Of a stretch of 61,312 nucleotides of DNA, positions 47,136 to 61,000 are shown one piece after another. How positions within the stretch are numbered: position 1 is the stretch's first letter; every line of letters starts with the position of its first letter. The position numbers and the translations under genes were made by a program. The notes beneath the pieces are model-generated. The model did not search any database, had not been told where the DNA came from, and was given only the letters and a program-made list of their open reading frames with translations. The stretch is taken from positions 1-61,312 of the forward strand of contig NKIB01013244.1 of NCBI GenBank assembly GCA_002256025.1, in the 5' to 3' direction. This DNA is from Asterionella formosa (Eukaryota).

Positions 47136-47430
47136 TTCGTTGTTGTTGGATCAATGGACTACCGGTACTGTCAGTCACCGTTTCGTCGTTGTTGATTGAG
47201 AATTGAATTTTGTCCTGCAATGAAAATTCTTTTTGCATTCAATGGCGGTGGCTACTGTTGCTAGCACGTCGGTCCAGCGCTGTTCGTTTGACACAGCAGT
47301 TCTTTGTGCTTGATGCTTGTGATGTGGAAGAATGGTCTTCTTCGTTTTCTTCCTGTTGAGATGTGATGTGAGGCTGTGGGATGGAGCACTTTGTTAACAT
47401 GCAATGATACTACCGGTATACTAAAGGTAA

Positions 47431-49150
47431 AAGGCCATTGCTTTCCGCGCCGGAAAATAACTCGTGACTTGAAATTTTTCCCGAAAACCATTCTTGGCCA
47501 TTCCTTGCTGCGTCGGAAACTTAAGTTTTCCGGGTTTCGATTTCCCGAAACTCAACTCAAACTTTTTTCAGCCATGTTGGGAAATTCGTCGATTTTCCTG
47601 ATGCAGACGATTTTCGTCGGAAACTTTAGTCACGTTTGGGAAATTGATTTCATACCCAAAAGCACCAGATAGTAGAATAACAATAAGTGGACTAGTAGTA
47701 GCTAGGCAGACTGACTATTCATTTATATTGCTTTAAAAACCAGGTGCAGTTCATGATTGTAATCAACAATTGTTCAGCACTCATCTGCCATGGCCTCCTT
47801 GTCCTCCCAGAGGGATTCTACTGATGATCCTTGGCAAGATATTGTCTACAATGTCATAGTCAATGATGAGATGTTGGACTTGATTGCTGAGGAGGATAAC
47901 TCAGACAATGAAGAAAAGACATTGGCGCTAACTGATGTTCCAACAAAGAAGAGGGCAAGGCGTGGTCAGTTTGGTCCTGAATCATCCAAGAGGTCATTTT
48001 TCTACTCTCAATACATTGTCAAGGACGACAAATGCATCGACAGGACATCTACAGTTTGCATATGGAACCCACTTTCAAGCCTAGGTTTAGTTTTCAGGAA
48101 CAGATTTCGGGTCCCCTGCCTACCAAGTCTTTGATTGACTCTGCAAGGAATATTCACCAGGTGAAGCTGATACCAGGCTTAATAGTGACAATAAGGGACA
48201 AGATTTGTATGATTGTCACATCCACCCACTCTCTGGTGGAATTCTGTCTCTATTTGCTTGCAGATGTCCTCCAAGTTAGTCATTTTGCAAGATGAAATTG
48301 AAACACCAAAATCAAAAATAGGAATCTTAAGACGAAGAGCTTTAATGAACTTCTTTTCTCTGTCACTGAGCAGCTTATTGCGTGCTTCGATTTGAACTGA
48401 AAGCCTCGCTCGAGTAGCAAGGATATCCATCGGTTCTTGGATACTAGACTGTTGATGATATTGTTATGAGAGAAAATTATAACAATGTAAATGACAATGA
48501 TAGCAAATGTCCAAATAAAATCGGCACGCCAATAGCACACACCAGTGTTGATGATGTTGCCTGTAGAGTAGTGTGTCAGGATCCATGGGCGCGCCAAAAT
48601 GTTAATAAATCAAGAAGTCAGCATGATAGAAAGGATCCAAAAGTTTGGTTGTTGATGATAAAACATCATCGTCAACAGAATCATCAATGGAATATTGAGG
48701 CATTGCCAACAACAGGAACAGAACTGCTCTCAATATTCACCAAGGTCACTTTAACCACCATCTGACGGAATTCTGGTGCAGTAGTAAGGAACAGCATTTT
48801 CCACAAAGTTTCTAGCAACCCCCAAAATTTAATTCCTTCACGGTAGGAAATGGCGTTTTTTTTGATTCGGAGAATCACTGCTGGGTTCGAATTCCTCAGG
48901 AATTGTAAAAATTTCTCGAATGCGATTTCCCGACTGGTAAGCAAGGGCCTTAAGACACGACTGAACAAGGGTGGCGGGGAGACTGCCTGCGAGTATTCTT
49001 GTGTTCGAAGCTTGGGAGGCGCAAGTAGAACAGGTTGACCGAACAAGCGGCGCCCCCGGTGTTTCAAGAAGGTCTATCTGCAAGGGCCTACAAAATCGAG
49101 TGCACAAGATTGCGAGTAGGCAGAATCCTCCCAAGTAGGGTCTTAACTAT
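47431..49150. mobile_element. Internally deleted PIF/Harbinger-like element: truncated transposase (+) and convergent degraded partner ORF (-)
   Basis: ORF 47790-48134 ends in FRNRFRVP, the Harbinger FRxRFR motif, after an acidic N-terminus. Degraded minus-strand ORFs span 48179-49134. A GGAAA/TTTCC-rich subterminal region starts GGCCATT at 47433. Confidence 0.55.
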
Positions 49151-49912
49151 GATAGGCAATTCACAACTGATCTATTGGTGCACTTTTCGCCACTATTTTG
49201 CCCTTTCAGCTAACATTGAAAACCTGCTTTACATTGTTTGTATGTTGGATGCAAACGAGCCAATTGCCTTTCATATAAGCAAAGCATATCTTGAATATTT
49301 CATACTATGCTCTGCTTTTGGATTACTACTCAATCCTGCAATTGCCCTTTATGTAAAACATATATTGCATATTTTATATGCTCTGTTTTTTGACAGCCAA
49401 ACTACCTTCAATATTTTCAACAGCCCCTAGATTTTATTGCCGAAATCGACTGCCATGTAGTGTCAATTCAACGAAAGAATTGATTATGCTCGATTTTGTC
49501 GTTTTGAGCTCCTGTCCTGCGTGACGTCCATTTCAGTAAATGCATTACCGCAACTTTCCTAATACCTGGTATTCCTACCTGGTACCAGGTACCGGTATGT
49601 CTTACCGGTAGCTACATGCATTACCATCTGGTACCACTGGTTATTTTGATGAATTATTAGCTATGTACCGGTATATCGCCCTGCTATAAAACTATATACA
49701 GTACATAAATATTATGTACATCAAGCTACCGGTATAATACTGCAACATATGAAAGTTCTACAGGTAAATAGTCTAACCTGTTTAAATCCAAACTTTGCGG
49801 TGCAGCCATTGCAGTCTGTTGTATTTATTCTAATGTGCTGATGCACACCTTCGCATTCTTCTTTTGTTTCAGCACTGTGCTCACTCACATTCTATTCTGA
49901 TCCATCGTCCGA

Positions 49913-52900
49913 ATGAAATCATCAAACGAAGAGAAAGCTAACTACCGGTACTCTCCACAGATGCGCTGGATTCCGCTTCCAGCGCAACAAGGGCCAGCTA
50001 CCGGACGTTCAATGACAGATCTTGAACATGTCTTGCTGGATGTCATCATTGCGAATGGTCAAGACATGTCGAAACTTGATGCAATAGTTAACGAGCTAGG
50101 TAGTATAAGCGAAAGAAAGATATCTACAGTAATCGATGAAGCATCAGAGCAACGTTATACGAAGGCTTGCCTTCTGCGATTCATGGGATTGACCTGTAAG
50201 CACTTTGGCGCCAAATTGGTTCGCTTCCGCTTGCTCCCGGCGCTCAATTCTCAAATTTTTCACGAGATGAGCTCTATTTTTGAGGTGTTCATGGACAGTG
50301 CCTGCATCAGAAACAAACTTGAATCGATTGAAGATGTACTTCGTTTGGATGTGGTTTTGAAAAAGTCAAAGAATTACCAACCACGCCAACGAACTTATGG
50401 CGGTTGCGCCAACAAGCTTTACATGATCGACCGCACCTGGATTCCAGCATTCATTGTATGTGTCACAAAGGTTGTCATTGCAATGCAGGATACAGCCATA
50501 ACGTGGGCTGCAGTAGTGGAGACGGTCACCGAAATCGTTGTTGAATCATTCTCCAACTTAGTGGGCGGCTGGATGGAAGCAGGCTTGTGCTTGGCGGCCG
50601 TTGTCTTGATGGAAGAACAAAATACGTTGGTTACTGGTCTGACCGCGAACACTGTCATTGCACTGATCAAGGATAACTTGTGAGTGTCTAACCGATGTCA
50701 TTTTCATTTGTTCGTCAACTTTTTTGTTTGCACTCACCGCAATGCCTTATAAACATAGCGCTTTCGCCTGCTTGCAAAAAGCTTCCAACATGGACAAATA
50801 TACTTGTCTAATGGTTTTTTTACAGAAGCTCACTTCCTTTCCTACTGCTGACGACCTGCAGAATCAATTTGAGGCAAAGTGTTATGATTTGATATTGCAC
50901 TTTGTCATAACGACTTTGAGTGCGACAGAACTTCTAAAGGAATTGGAAGGAAACTTGACGGCTCAAACTGAAACTAGCGTAACTACAGCAAATTCGATCA
51001 GCTGTCAACCCCATATTTCGTCTATCAGCTATTGCGTTATTCAACACGCTATTGTCACCTTGGCCTTGAACCGAAAAGATAAGTTTTTCCCTATAGCTCT
51101 TGCTATTGAAAAGTCTCCAGCCATCTCCGACCATGACCGTTGTCGCGTATGGTATCATTGGTTTCAGTACTTGGCGGCCTTTGGAGGTCTATTTTTGGAA
51201 TCTAGCGACAAGCAGTCACAAAAATACGACCAAAGGCGACACGACCTGACCACCACCACGCAATGGATGACCACGACGAGCTTGGATTTCTTTGCGAACC
51301 AATATATCACTTTGGTAGAGAAAGTAGACGCAAATCCCTTCGCAAATGATGATGAGAAACATTACATACGCCATGCCTCTCAGCAGACGGTTTTGCGGCT
51401 CTTCCTCAATCTTGGCAACACAGGCGGCGGAATAGCATCTGCCATACGAAGATTCTTGGAATGTTTCCCGTCGGCTTTCCTTGCCATGCCATGGGACAAC
51501 AACGACAATTCCTTGACCTCGGCCGCCATCATCTTTTTAGCGGAAATGCAAATTGCACCTCCAAGGTCATTAGTAAATACTGACGGTCTCGTGGATGTGA
51601 CCATATTTGAGAATCGCGCAATGATAAAGGCACAAGAGGAACAACTACTAGAGGAGCAACAATTGTTGGATCTAAGGCAACAGCAACTTATGTCATTGCA
51701 GTATGAAAAGGAGCAATTGGAGTTTGAGCATGCGAGAGATTTTGCAAGGGAACAACGTCGAACATGGCTTTCCGAGGGACTGCAGCAAAGTGACGAGGTT
51801 AGGAGAGCAGAAAGTAGACTCGTTGATATTCAGGATAGTGTAAGAGGAGTAGCCAGTTTATTTGTGTCCGAACAACACATGGAGAAGTTCGCTACAGTTG
51901 GATCGGATGAATTCGAGAACGACATGGTTGTTTTTGATGCAGACAAAGGCGATGAAAGCACATTCAATGAGTCTGGAGTGGAAAGCGAGGATGAAGCATT
52001 AGGCAATGAAGAACCCGTTGATGGTGATGAATCAGATAACGTAGTGGAAATCTTGGATTCCTCCGAGGAAGGGGAGAACGTTGTTGAAGGTGGCAAATCG
52101 GATGATGATCATGATGATGAGTATTCGGATGATTTCAATGACGACGACATGGAAGATGCGTCGCCTGATGATGCGGCAGAAGATATCAGCAGCAATGCGG
52201 TAGAAGTCGAAGTTGTTGGAGTTGAGGAAAATTATGACGACAATAGTGAAGAACATGTCGATATGAGTGATGACGTCGACGAATATTCTGAATCAGATCA
52301 AGGCGTAATGATATACGACGACGAGGTTGTTAACAAGGGAGTACATAACACTGTGGAAAATTTCGAGTGGAGAGATACCGACGAGGCTAAAGGCGCAGAT
52401 CCAGATAATACTGGACACGAGACTGGTGACGAAGGCAACGAGAAGACTTGCGACAGCACTGAGGAAGTCATGGACAGTGAAGAAAATGTCATAGAAGGAA
52501 TCCACGACGAAAAAACGAGTACTTTAGATCGTCTGCGAAAGGATCTCGGGGATACGGGCTCACAAGTGGATAATGGATATGAACCCGACACAGCAGCACA
52601 TACGGAAGGAGAGGTATCGGAAGAGTTTCAGACTGAGGAGGAAGACAACGATGATGAAGAAGGAGGATTCGCTGCAGGAGGCGACCGAATCATTCCAGGC
52701 GCCCTTGCGACCAAGTCTTCTTCCGCCTACTTCGTTGCCAATAGCTACTCCGACAATAATATGGACGCTGCTGACGAACAGACTGCGTCTGATGTGGGCG
52801 CAGAATCGTCCGAGATGGAAGAAGGCAACTCAATTCATCCAGGAAAGTATCAGACATCAGCACCATCGTCAACCCTGCCATTGTCAACTTTGATAGAATA

Positions 52901-55900
52901 TGCTCACTCCGCTCAGCGCTGCGGCGAAGGCGATCGCATCGGAGAGGAACTCGCCACCGATTTATGTCATAATCATTACATGCAGGAAGGAGAGAACGAG
53001 GTAGCTATCCAAAGAACGCTGGCAGGTGTGTTTGATCCACATAGCTCGCCTGATACAACTAATGATATTCTTGGAAGCACCAACATCGCATTTGACTTCC
53101 GCGGAGCAGTTAACAGGAATGCTAAGGCGATGAGCAACGATGATATTTGTTTCGAGGACGAGGTTGCCGCCGAGGCTGATATTGATACTGAACCGGAGTA
53201 TTGCGAGTCTCAGCCTGAGAGTGAATCAGTAGCCGAAAGGGACATTTCACTTCGCGAGGTCATTGACCAAAACAATTCTGATGCTACCGAAGTATTTCCA
53301 CCAAAATTCCATGATACCGCTATTGACACAAACAAGTCCGATTATGACGCGGACTCATCTGAAGCGCCTCGAATAGACGATGATGAAGTCATAGGTGACG
53401 AGGTGAGCATCGAATATTCGATGGATCCGCCCCCATCCAGACCTGCGAAAGTCACAAAAGAGAGAAGTGTCTCCTTCAAGCAAGAAACTGAGCTCGTTCA
53501 CCAGCAAATGCATCATCGCCAATTACAGGACAAACTGGAGGTTGCAGTTGGCACTGTTACTTCGTTGGCAAGCTCGTCAGATCCCATGATGAACGGCTTG
53601 ACTCAGTACGACGGACCCTTGCTCCCACGAGATATTCGTGAGATGCGTCTTGGAGGTAATCCAGCTGATGCTGTCGTCGACTCCGATACAGACTTACAGC
53701 AAACGACTGAAAGTATTGGAGTTGTTGAGTCCACCTTTGCAGATTCGAAAGATGGCAGCATTATTGTCATCGATAAATTGCCTCGAAACGAGGAATCTCA
53801 CCCAGTTTTGTCTGTAGACAATTCTACAATGGTTCAGACCGGAGACCCGAGTGATGACGGAAGCTTCTCGTTAGGGAACGAGGGTGTATTAGACAAGATA
53901 CCTGCCTTTGAACCGGTCCGTCAAACGTTCACCCGAGATCTGTCTATGACGATCCACACTGAAAATACTACCGAAGACCAGAATCTTGCCGTGGATTACA
54001 TTGCTGGCAGAGAAGAAATTGATGCATTGATGGTAAAGCACGTCAAAAGCGAGGAGGAGCGAAGCCAAAGTCTTAGAGTTTTCCGCGCACACGGCGACAT
54101 CCAAATTCATGAAACCGCCGGCACAGAATTGAAGCAAGGGCTTCAAGAATTGATTACCTTTGAGGAGCCATCCTTTTCTCATTCGAAAAATGACAATATT
54201 GATGTCATTGAGATGTTGCCTGACGAGGAGCTGTGTCAGTCAGTTTTTTCACGAGATCCTTCTACGATAGTTCCTACAGGAAACCTGAGTGACGATGGAA
54301 GGTTTTCCGTACAGAAAGTGGTTGCAGTAGACAAGCTGCCTGTTGAAATACCGGACCGCCCTGTGTTAGTCCGCGATCTGTCTATGATGATCTACTCTGG
54401 CAATACGAGTAACCAGCAGAGTCTTTCCATGGATGATATTGCGGTTAGAGGAGTAAACGAGAGCGTCGAAGGATGTAATGTTTCGATGGTAAAGGACATT
54501 GATTTTGGGGAAAAGGGAAGTCACGTGCCTCATGATTTTGCCGTCCATGACAAGGTAGAAGTAGCTATCGGCTCAAACTTGGTGCACGAGCAAAGCTGTG
54601 AATTGGATACCAAATCTGGCGCAGAAACCGGCATATATCAAGCCAACGAAGGAAGCTGTAACCTCTCCAAACCTTGGAGAGATGCCCTTGAGGACTTGCC
54701 CTCAACTGGAGTTAAGACTAACCGAAGTACATTTGAGTCTGACGAGAGCGATATCGCGGAGAACGATGCAGCTACATATAATGACTTTGTTGCACATCCG
54801 ATTGAGTCGACTGTTGACAAAGCTCTCACCTTGAGCTCAATATCAGGCCAGACTGCAGGACTCGACTTATTAGACCTAAGCACATCAGTTTCTGGGGCCA
54901 TTTTACCCGAAAAACGAGATCTCGAAGACAAGCTAACAACCAGGACAACAAAATCAGCAAGAAATGAAACATTACACGACAGTGACAGGGCTACTTCGCT
55001 TAAAGGGGACGAGAAAGCTGCGAATTGGAACAAGGGCATTGATAAAGTTGACTGTGCAATCATCAATGACGGGTGCGCTAGCGAGGAGCCGCTGTCGAGT
55101 TCTGCAGAAGTCTGCATTAGTCATGATACGTTCACAGGAGGCGCTTTGACAGTAGATTTAAACGAAGTGGCAAATATATCGTTTATTCAAGTCAGGGATG
55201 GCATGGCTGTTGTTGAGTCAGTTGCCACCTTGACCAGCTTCGACGCTGTCGCAAAAGCTCAAAAACAGGTTGACGACATGGTTGTGGTTAGTGGTATTGA
55301 TTCCGAAGATGTTGTTGGCTCAACGCTCGCTGAGCATGGCGATGTTCATTTGGACATGCATAGGACAGAGGAAAGCAATGCAAACACAAATTCCATTTTT
55401 GATGTGTCCCCCAAAGCGAACAAGGCAATTCTGGAGATCGTTTCTGGATCAGAAGAGCAAACTAGAGGTACTTGCCCAGACATTAAGCATACAATTGACA
55501 ACTCTCAAGTTCAACGGAATCAAAACGATACGATCATTTCAGCCCATCATGACGAAATCATTTTGCAACTGGACAAGCAGGGTGAAGCAAAGCAGGAGAG
55601 GGATATGGTGGCACCGAGAACACCAAAATCTCCCGAGGTTGCTAGTGTGTCAGTTGAAGACGTCGAATTCAGGTCGCCCATGCACCGATTTTTAACGACA
55701 GCAGAAGATGCTGTTGTGGGCGTTAAAAAGCTGTTGTCGCCGTTATCATTAAAGAAAGTACAGACACGCGAGCAAACAACGTATGATGCCGAAATTCCAA
55801 TACGCAAATCTCATCGTCGCCATCGTACGCCAACAAGAAGCGACTCCTTTGTTTGGTGTGATCCTATTCGACATCATGATGAGGTGGCACATGACCGACA

Positions 55901-57089
55901 TGAAAAGAGTCCTCCACTTGCTGAAGAAATCAAGTCTCCGACCAAGACAACTCGTTCAAGGAAGAGAGAACAAGATGAAGTCAATACTTTGGTTTCAAGC
56001 CAAAAGTTGACCAAGCGTGCGGCAGTGCCTTCTACGCGCACTCGCAAGACTGCAGCGTCAAAGGGCACCGTAGCAAAAGTTACACGACGAACTTCACTAA
56101 GAAGCATAGCTTCTGCTTCGAGCCATGCTGACAACGACTATCTTGGCAATGAAGTGCACACCGATATTGAAGGACGCTTGGTAGACTGTGGACCTGAGTC
56201 GTCACCGGCCTTATCATCGATTGCGCCATCCAGTATGGCTTCTAGTGGTGGATTACGCCGTACTCGTCGTACTGCAGGAATCACACCAAATTCTAAAGCA
56301 TTGCCAGGCACACTTTTGAATGATTTACAGCAAGAGTTGGTCTTGCCTAGAGTGGACGAAGAGTGTGAGGAGGACAAGAAAGAAGTGGAGTTGTCTCGTG
56401 TTCTGATGTCGGTCGATTTATTGTTGACAAACAACATTGACAAAACTGTTGGAGATAGATCTACTAGAAAAACTACGCGTGGCCGGGCTTCAAAAGCCCG
56501 CCACATCATTAAGTCAGTGGATTCTCCGTTGGAAAGCGAAAATATCGAAGTCAAGCCTCTGCTGGCCACCAAACCTACTCGAAAACGTTCAGCAAAGGTT
56601 TCCAAGACAGAAATAGGACAAACCATAGACACTGAAAGCCAGGAACAAACGGACCAGCCAAAGGAAGAAGCTAGGAGTACTCGAAGTCGTAGGAAAGGGA
56701 AAGGTGGGCCAGAGAAGGAACCAGATGAACCCCCCTCAAAGAGGCTTCGAGGTCGTATTGAGGAGAAAGGGATTTCCCCAGCGCAACATGAGAAAGAGAT
56801 TGTGGACAATATCAAAACACGTGGTCGAGGTCGTCCCAGAAAGCAGGTGGAGGGGAAGATGACGAAATCTGTTGGAGAATTACCCTCTATTGAAGAAAAC
56901 CCTGGAGAACAGCAAGTGGAAAGGGATGATCCTCCTCAGCTCAAGAAGCAAGTCCGCAGCCGTCGCTTAGAGGAAGTGACGACTACAAAAGCTCCTATCA
57001 CCCGCAAGTCCACAGGCAAGAGGAAAGTCGTCGATGATCATGAGCTATCATCTGTTGCCAGCCGAAGAAGCACTCGGTCTCGACGGTGA
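49913..57089 (+). CDS. ~2365-aa protein: helical N-terminus, coiled coil, long acidic disordered region, basic AT-hook C-terminus; 2 exons (49913-50679, 50759-57089)
   Basis: Intron GTGAGT..TAG (50680-50758) joins the two ORFs in frame (DNF-AFAC). RGRGRPRK lies near the C-terminus. Confidence 0.85.
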
Positions 57090-57938
57090 CTACAGGGTAG
57101 CATTTCGAATAACATATAGAAACTGTCCCTCTTGTCCCACATTTTTATGATCTCCTACAACACACAGAAATTATTTAATTGTTAATATAGCCCAAATGTT
57201 GTATGCATGGTGCACAATGAAATGGAAGCTCTCCAAAGGTCATTTTCTTTGTTGGCGATAGTATTAAAATCAGCATCACCATTCAGGATATGATCAGATC
57301 AGTGGAATATGCTGGCATCACATTTTTCATTGAGAATGACAAGGTACCAAACTCTCTGCAAAGCATGACCCCCCCCCCCGTAAGGTTCTTACATAGCAGC
57401 CATAGCTCGAGCTAGGACTAAAAAACAATTGATTCAAAATTGGTCTTTTCAACCATTGCCAAAATTTTGCTATTAGAATCATCACTATTTGCTGTACCAA
57501 AATGTCCCTGTAATTGGAATACTGGTAGGAATCTTGTGAAGGAATTTTTAGTCATAAAACTACATTATACCAATTGAGAGACGAAGCCAAGATAATTCCT
57601 GTAGGACTAATATATAACTACTTGGCCACAAATCTCACTGAATTAGCGATCCAGACTTGGTGTGAGTTAATGCGTGAAATCCACAGGAATAACCGATTCC
57701 TGCTTTCTTTTCCCACCCATAATCTCTCCTTTACCCCTCTTGGTAGCTAGATTACATGAGCCAGGTGCTTGACATTAATTTTTGGGACTATACTATCCCA
57801 ACGTCCCGCTCTGCTGCAGAAATCGAAGCAAAATCAGCAATGATTAGTTGTATTGTTGGAAATGGCGGAACTTCAATGCAATGTTGGTGCGTGCTTTGGT
57901 GCAACTTGCAGATTGCCCCTTGGGTGAAGTTCTTGTCA

Positions 57939-59612
57939 TTACCAACCTTCGGGCGACTCTGGACCAGCTGCCCTGTCGACTATTTGGGATGGATCAGAGC
58001 GTTTTGGTCGGCCTCTCCCACGCTTGACTGCTATCGGAGCAATGTCTGTATGCTTATCAACATATTTAGTTTCTAAGTCAAGGGTTCTTGGAGGAATAAG
58101 ATCAAAAGCTATTGCCTTTGGTGGGCCACTTGAACCAGTGTTGGCAATATCCAAGCTCGTCAAATGGTAACCTTCGACGGGTGTCTGAGTGTTGGAATCC
58201 CCTGTTTGAGATGTTAATGCCTTGGCGGTCCATAAATGCTCAATTTCATTGGGTATATTCACCAGACTAGAACGGCCCTGACATTGCAAAATTCGTCGAT
58301 TCTCGCTGGTAGCTTGAAGTTCATCCCCATTTTGGGGTAGTCCAACCAGTACTGCTATGCTTTCATTTTGAATTTCGTCAACAATGGCAGCTTTAACTTC
58401 GTCCATTTTCTGGGGTTCTGAACGTATTGGCCCAACAGGTACCGATATGGTTTCAATTGAGAAAATGTTGACTTTTGTAGTATTAGGTTCGTCCACCTTT
58501 GGGTGCCCTATACGATTTGTTCCAATTGGAACCTCGCTTTCTTGGGCAGCTTGAACTTCGTCCAGGTTGACGGCTTCTGAATGCTTGGGTTCAACAGGTA
58601 CAGATATGGTTTCACCTAGCATTTTGTCGCTGACACCATGGACTTTGTCCACCTTACGGTCTTCGGCAGCTTGAACTTCGTCTAGGTTCACGAGTTTTGA
58701 ATGCTTGGGTTCAACAGGTACATAAGTGGTTTCAACTAGCATTTTGTTGGTGAGACCATGGACTTTGTCCACCTTCTGGGATTCTGAAAGTTCTGGGAAT
58801 GTTCCACTTTGAATTTTATCTTTCTTGGAAGGTCGTCCTCGTTTCTTCTTCACCTGATCTGCAGAAGGCAACTCATCGAGAGAATCGGAAGATCGTTTCA
58901 AATTCTTTTTGGGAATCCTTGCTTGTTTTAGAGATTGAGCATTTGCGGCATAGCTGTTGCTTCGCTCTTGTTTCTTCAGCAGATCGGGAAAACCTGCTAG
59001 GGCAGTAATTGCGTCATCTTCCAAAAATCCTGACGCCATGATGTCACTGACTTCTTCAATAAGCGACGATATCTGGGTAGCGGAGTGGTCTCGGTAGCGT
59101 TCGTTGAGTGCTGTGGAAGGCACATACTGCTTTTTGCTAGATGACTTGCGGGAAACCTCATGAGTAGATACAAGTGGCAATTCTGATGTTGCTACTCGAG
59201 AACGTGCTGGGTATTCACGTAAAGAACCCAGCCTCGATTTTCGCCCTTGTTTGGTTAAAGTCTTTGAAGGATCTGAAGCCTTTGGCCGACCGCGTCTGGC
59301 TCGAGTTGGTGTAGACGCTGGGGCATGACCGTAACTTTCTTCGGAAATCTTCGCCAACTTCGAGTTGCTTCGTTTGACATCCATTACTGTTCCTGTACTT
59401 TCCTCCTGTGCCATTTTCATCTCTTCAATTTCAAGTTCGCCATCGAAATCACGAAGAGAAATGCTGATAACTTTGTTGATAAGCGAAGATCCAACGAGGT
59501 AATTATTGTTGGCGGGCTTGACTTGAATTCGCCATGATCCTATTTGGATAACGTGGCAAGTGGCATACTGTTCCTCTGGCTTCTGCTGTTGCACATGTTT
59601 GCGAGGCGCCAT
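57939..59612 (-). CDS. AT-hook protein with internal 40-aa repeats; 3' end uncertain
   Basis: MAPRKH start; RRGRPK, KRGRPSK, RGRGRPKR; KVDKVHG...VPVEPKHS...LDEVQAA repeats. A possible further intron starts at GTAATG near 57942. Confidence 0.8.
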   Translation of the reverse strand: MAPRKHVQQQKPEEQYATCHVIQIGSWRIQVKPANNNYLVGSSLINKVISISLRDFDGELEIEEMKMAQEESTGTVMDVKRSNSKLAKISEESYGHAPASTPTRARRGRPKASDPSKTLTKQGRKSRLGSLREYPARSRVATSELPLVSTHEVSRKSSSKKQYVPSTALNERYRDHSATQISSLIEEVSDIMASGFLEDDAITALAGFPDLLKKQERSNSYAANAQSLKQARIPKKNLKRSSDSLDELPSADQVKKKRGRPSKKDKIQSGTFPELSESQKVDKVHGLTNKMLVETTYVPVEPKHSKLVNLDEVQAAEDRKVDKVHGVSDKMLGETISVPVEPKHSEAVNLDEVQAAQESEVPIGTNRIGHPKVDEPNTTKVNIFSIETISVPVGPIRSEPQKMDEVKAAIVDEIQNESIAVLVGLPQNGDELQATSENRRILQCQGRSSLVNIPNEIEHLWTAKALTSQTGDSNTQTPVEGYHLTSLDIANTGSSGPPKAIAFDLIPPRTLDLETKYVDKHTDIAPIAVKRGRGRPKRSDPSQIVDRAAGPESPEGW

Positions 59613-60199
59613 CGTCAATGGAAGGCAGCAGATTATTATGGCGGTTCTTGGAGGGACGCTACCTTGATTGATGAACGAGGATGACAAGTTCGAAAGCTCC
59701 AAATATAAACAATGGTGCTGCCTGATGTTGGCTCGTCGATAAAAACATCATTAGTACATTTACACCCTGGTACATATGTCAGCAAATCCCCACACTAGCT
59801 ATCGTCTTGCTTCTCGATGAGAACTGTGGGTTTCTAAGTAATTTTTGGTAACTTTAAGTAATTTTTATTTAGGGGCAATATAGGGGCATACTGCATTTTT
59901 CGGGAGTCAATATGCATGAAAAATAGTCACAAAAGAATGACTGTAACAAGCATCGAAAAATTCGAGATGATGTTTTTAAACAACCCAAGTATGAAACGGA
60001 AATCAAAAGGTAAGAAGCAACAATGACAAGCAGGGAGTAGAATAATCAAATGATGCCACAGAAGAAACCAGCTCACTTTGTTCTTTAGTTTCTGTTTTTA
60101 TCACAGTAAGATATCTCCAAATTTGTTTGTCTAGGATTTCTATACACTCTTCAGTGTATTGTCACATGTTCAGATTGTCATTCAATGAAATACTTAGCC

Positions 60200-61000
60200 A
60201 TAATAATATAGTAAAGTTTGAATCCACCTTTTGAAATTGGGGACCCATCATACCACCCATGGCAAAGATTGTTAATAGAAATGACCCTGGAATTTTCTTC
60301 CTAGACATTTTTGTTAAAGCTGTAAGTCCTGCACTGTAAGAAGGTTTAGGAATGTTAAGATCACTTTGTCAGTCTAAATGTCCATTGATCAATCTTGCTA
60401 TCATTTCAAAATTAATTTTGGAAAAAATATTATGATATGGATTTTCCAACTTTGGTCTTGACCATGTCCAATGTAGGTAACTTTGTTGTTCCAAATGATT
60501 ATCACCAACAGTAATGGGTAGTTCCCTCTTACCATTCTTGTAAGGTTTTTATTCTTGGATATCTCCTTTTGTCCACCATTTTTTTGTTCTGGTACATCTG
60601 GATATGCTCGTTTGCTGAAGAATTGTTTCCAAACACCAGTAACAGATCTGTAATTGTACAGAGATTCAAGAATGTATGGCAACATTCCAATAAGAAATTG
60701 GTGTAGGGTTTCAAAAGGTGTAGCACCATGGACACCCTACCCTGTATATCACCACTGAAATAGTGGTTCATAAGTGCTGGAATAATGGTGTTTTGTGATA
60801 TTTGTCTACACCATTCACTATTTTCGATAAGCATTGTTCGAAAAACCATCTGTAATCTAGAACAAAAACAGAGCAGTAAGGAATCAGCTGGTATTCACGC
60901 TACGAAGGTTTTCTGGGGTCCCTTTTGGGAATTGTCAGGAAAAGATGCTATCACCATGGCAAAAGCAAATGATCATAGCGGTTCATGACAATAAGACATA
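60200..61000 (-). mobile_element. Degraded transposase-like remnant, possibly Plavaka-type
   Basis: CpG-poor fragments including FGNNSS and IPKPSYSAGLTALTKMSRKKIPGSFLL, which recall the Plavaka 'PR..F..G...L.....E..G' block. Confidence 0.35.

Noticed and set aside
56138..56815. 225-aa antisense ORF (and similar shadow ORFs in other genes)
   Set aside because: Antisense shadows of long real CDSs with biased codon use.
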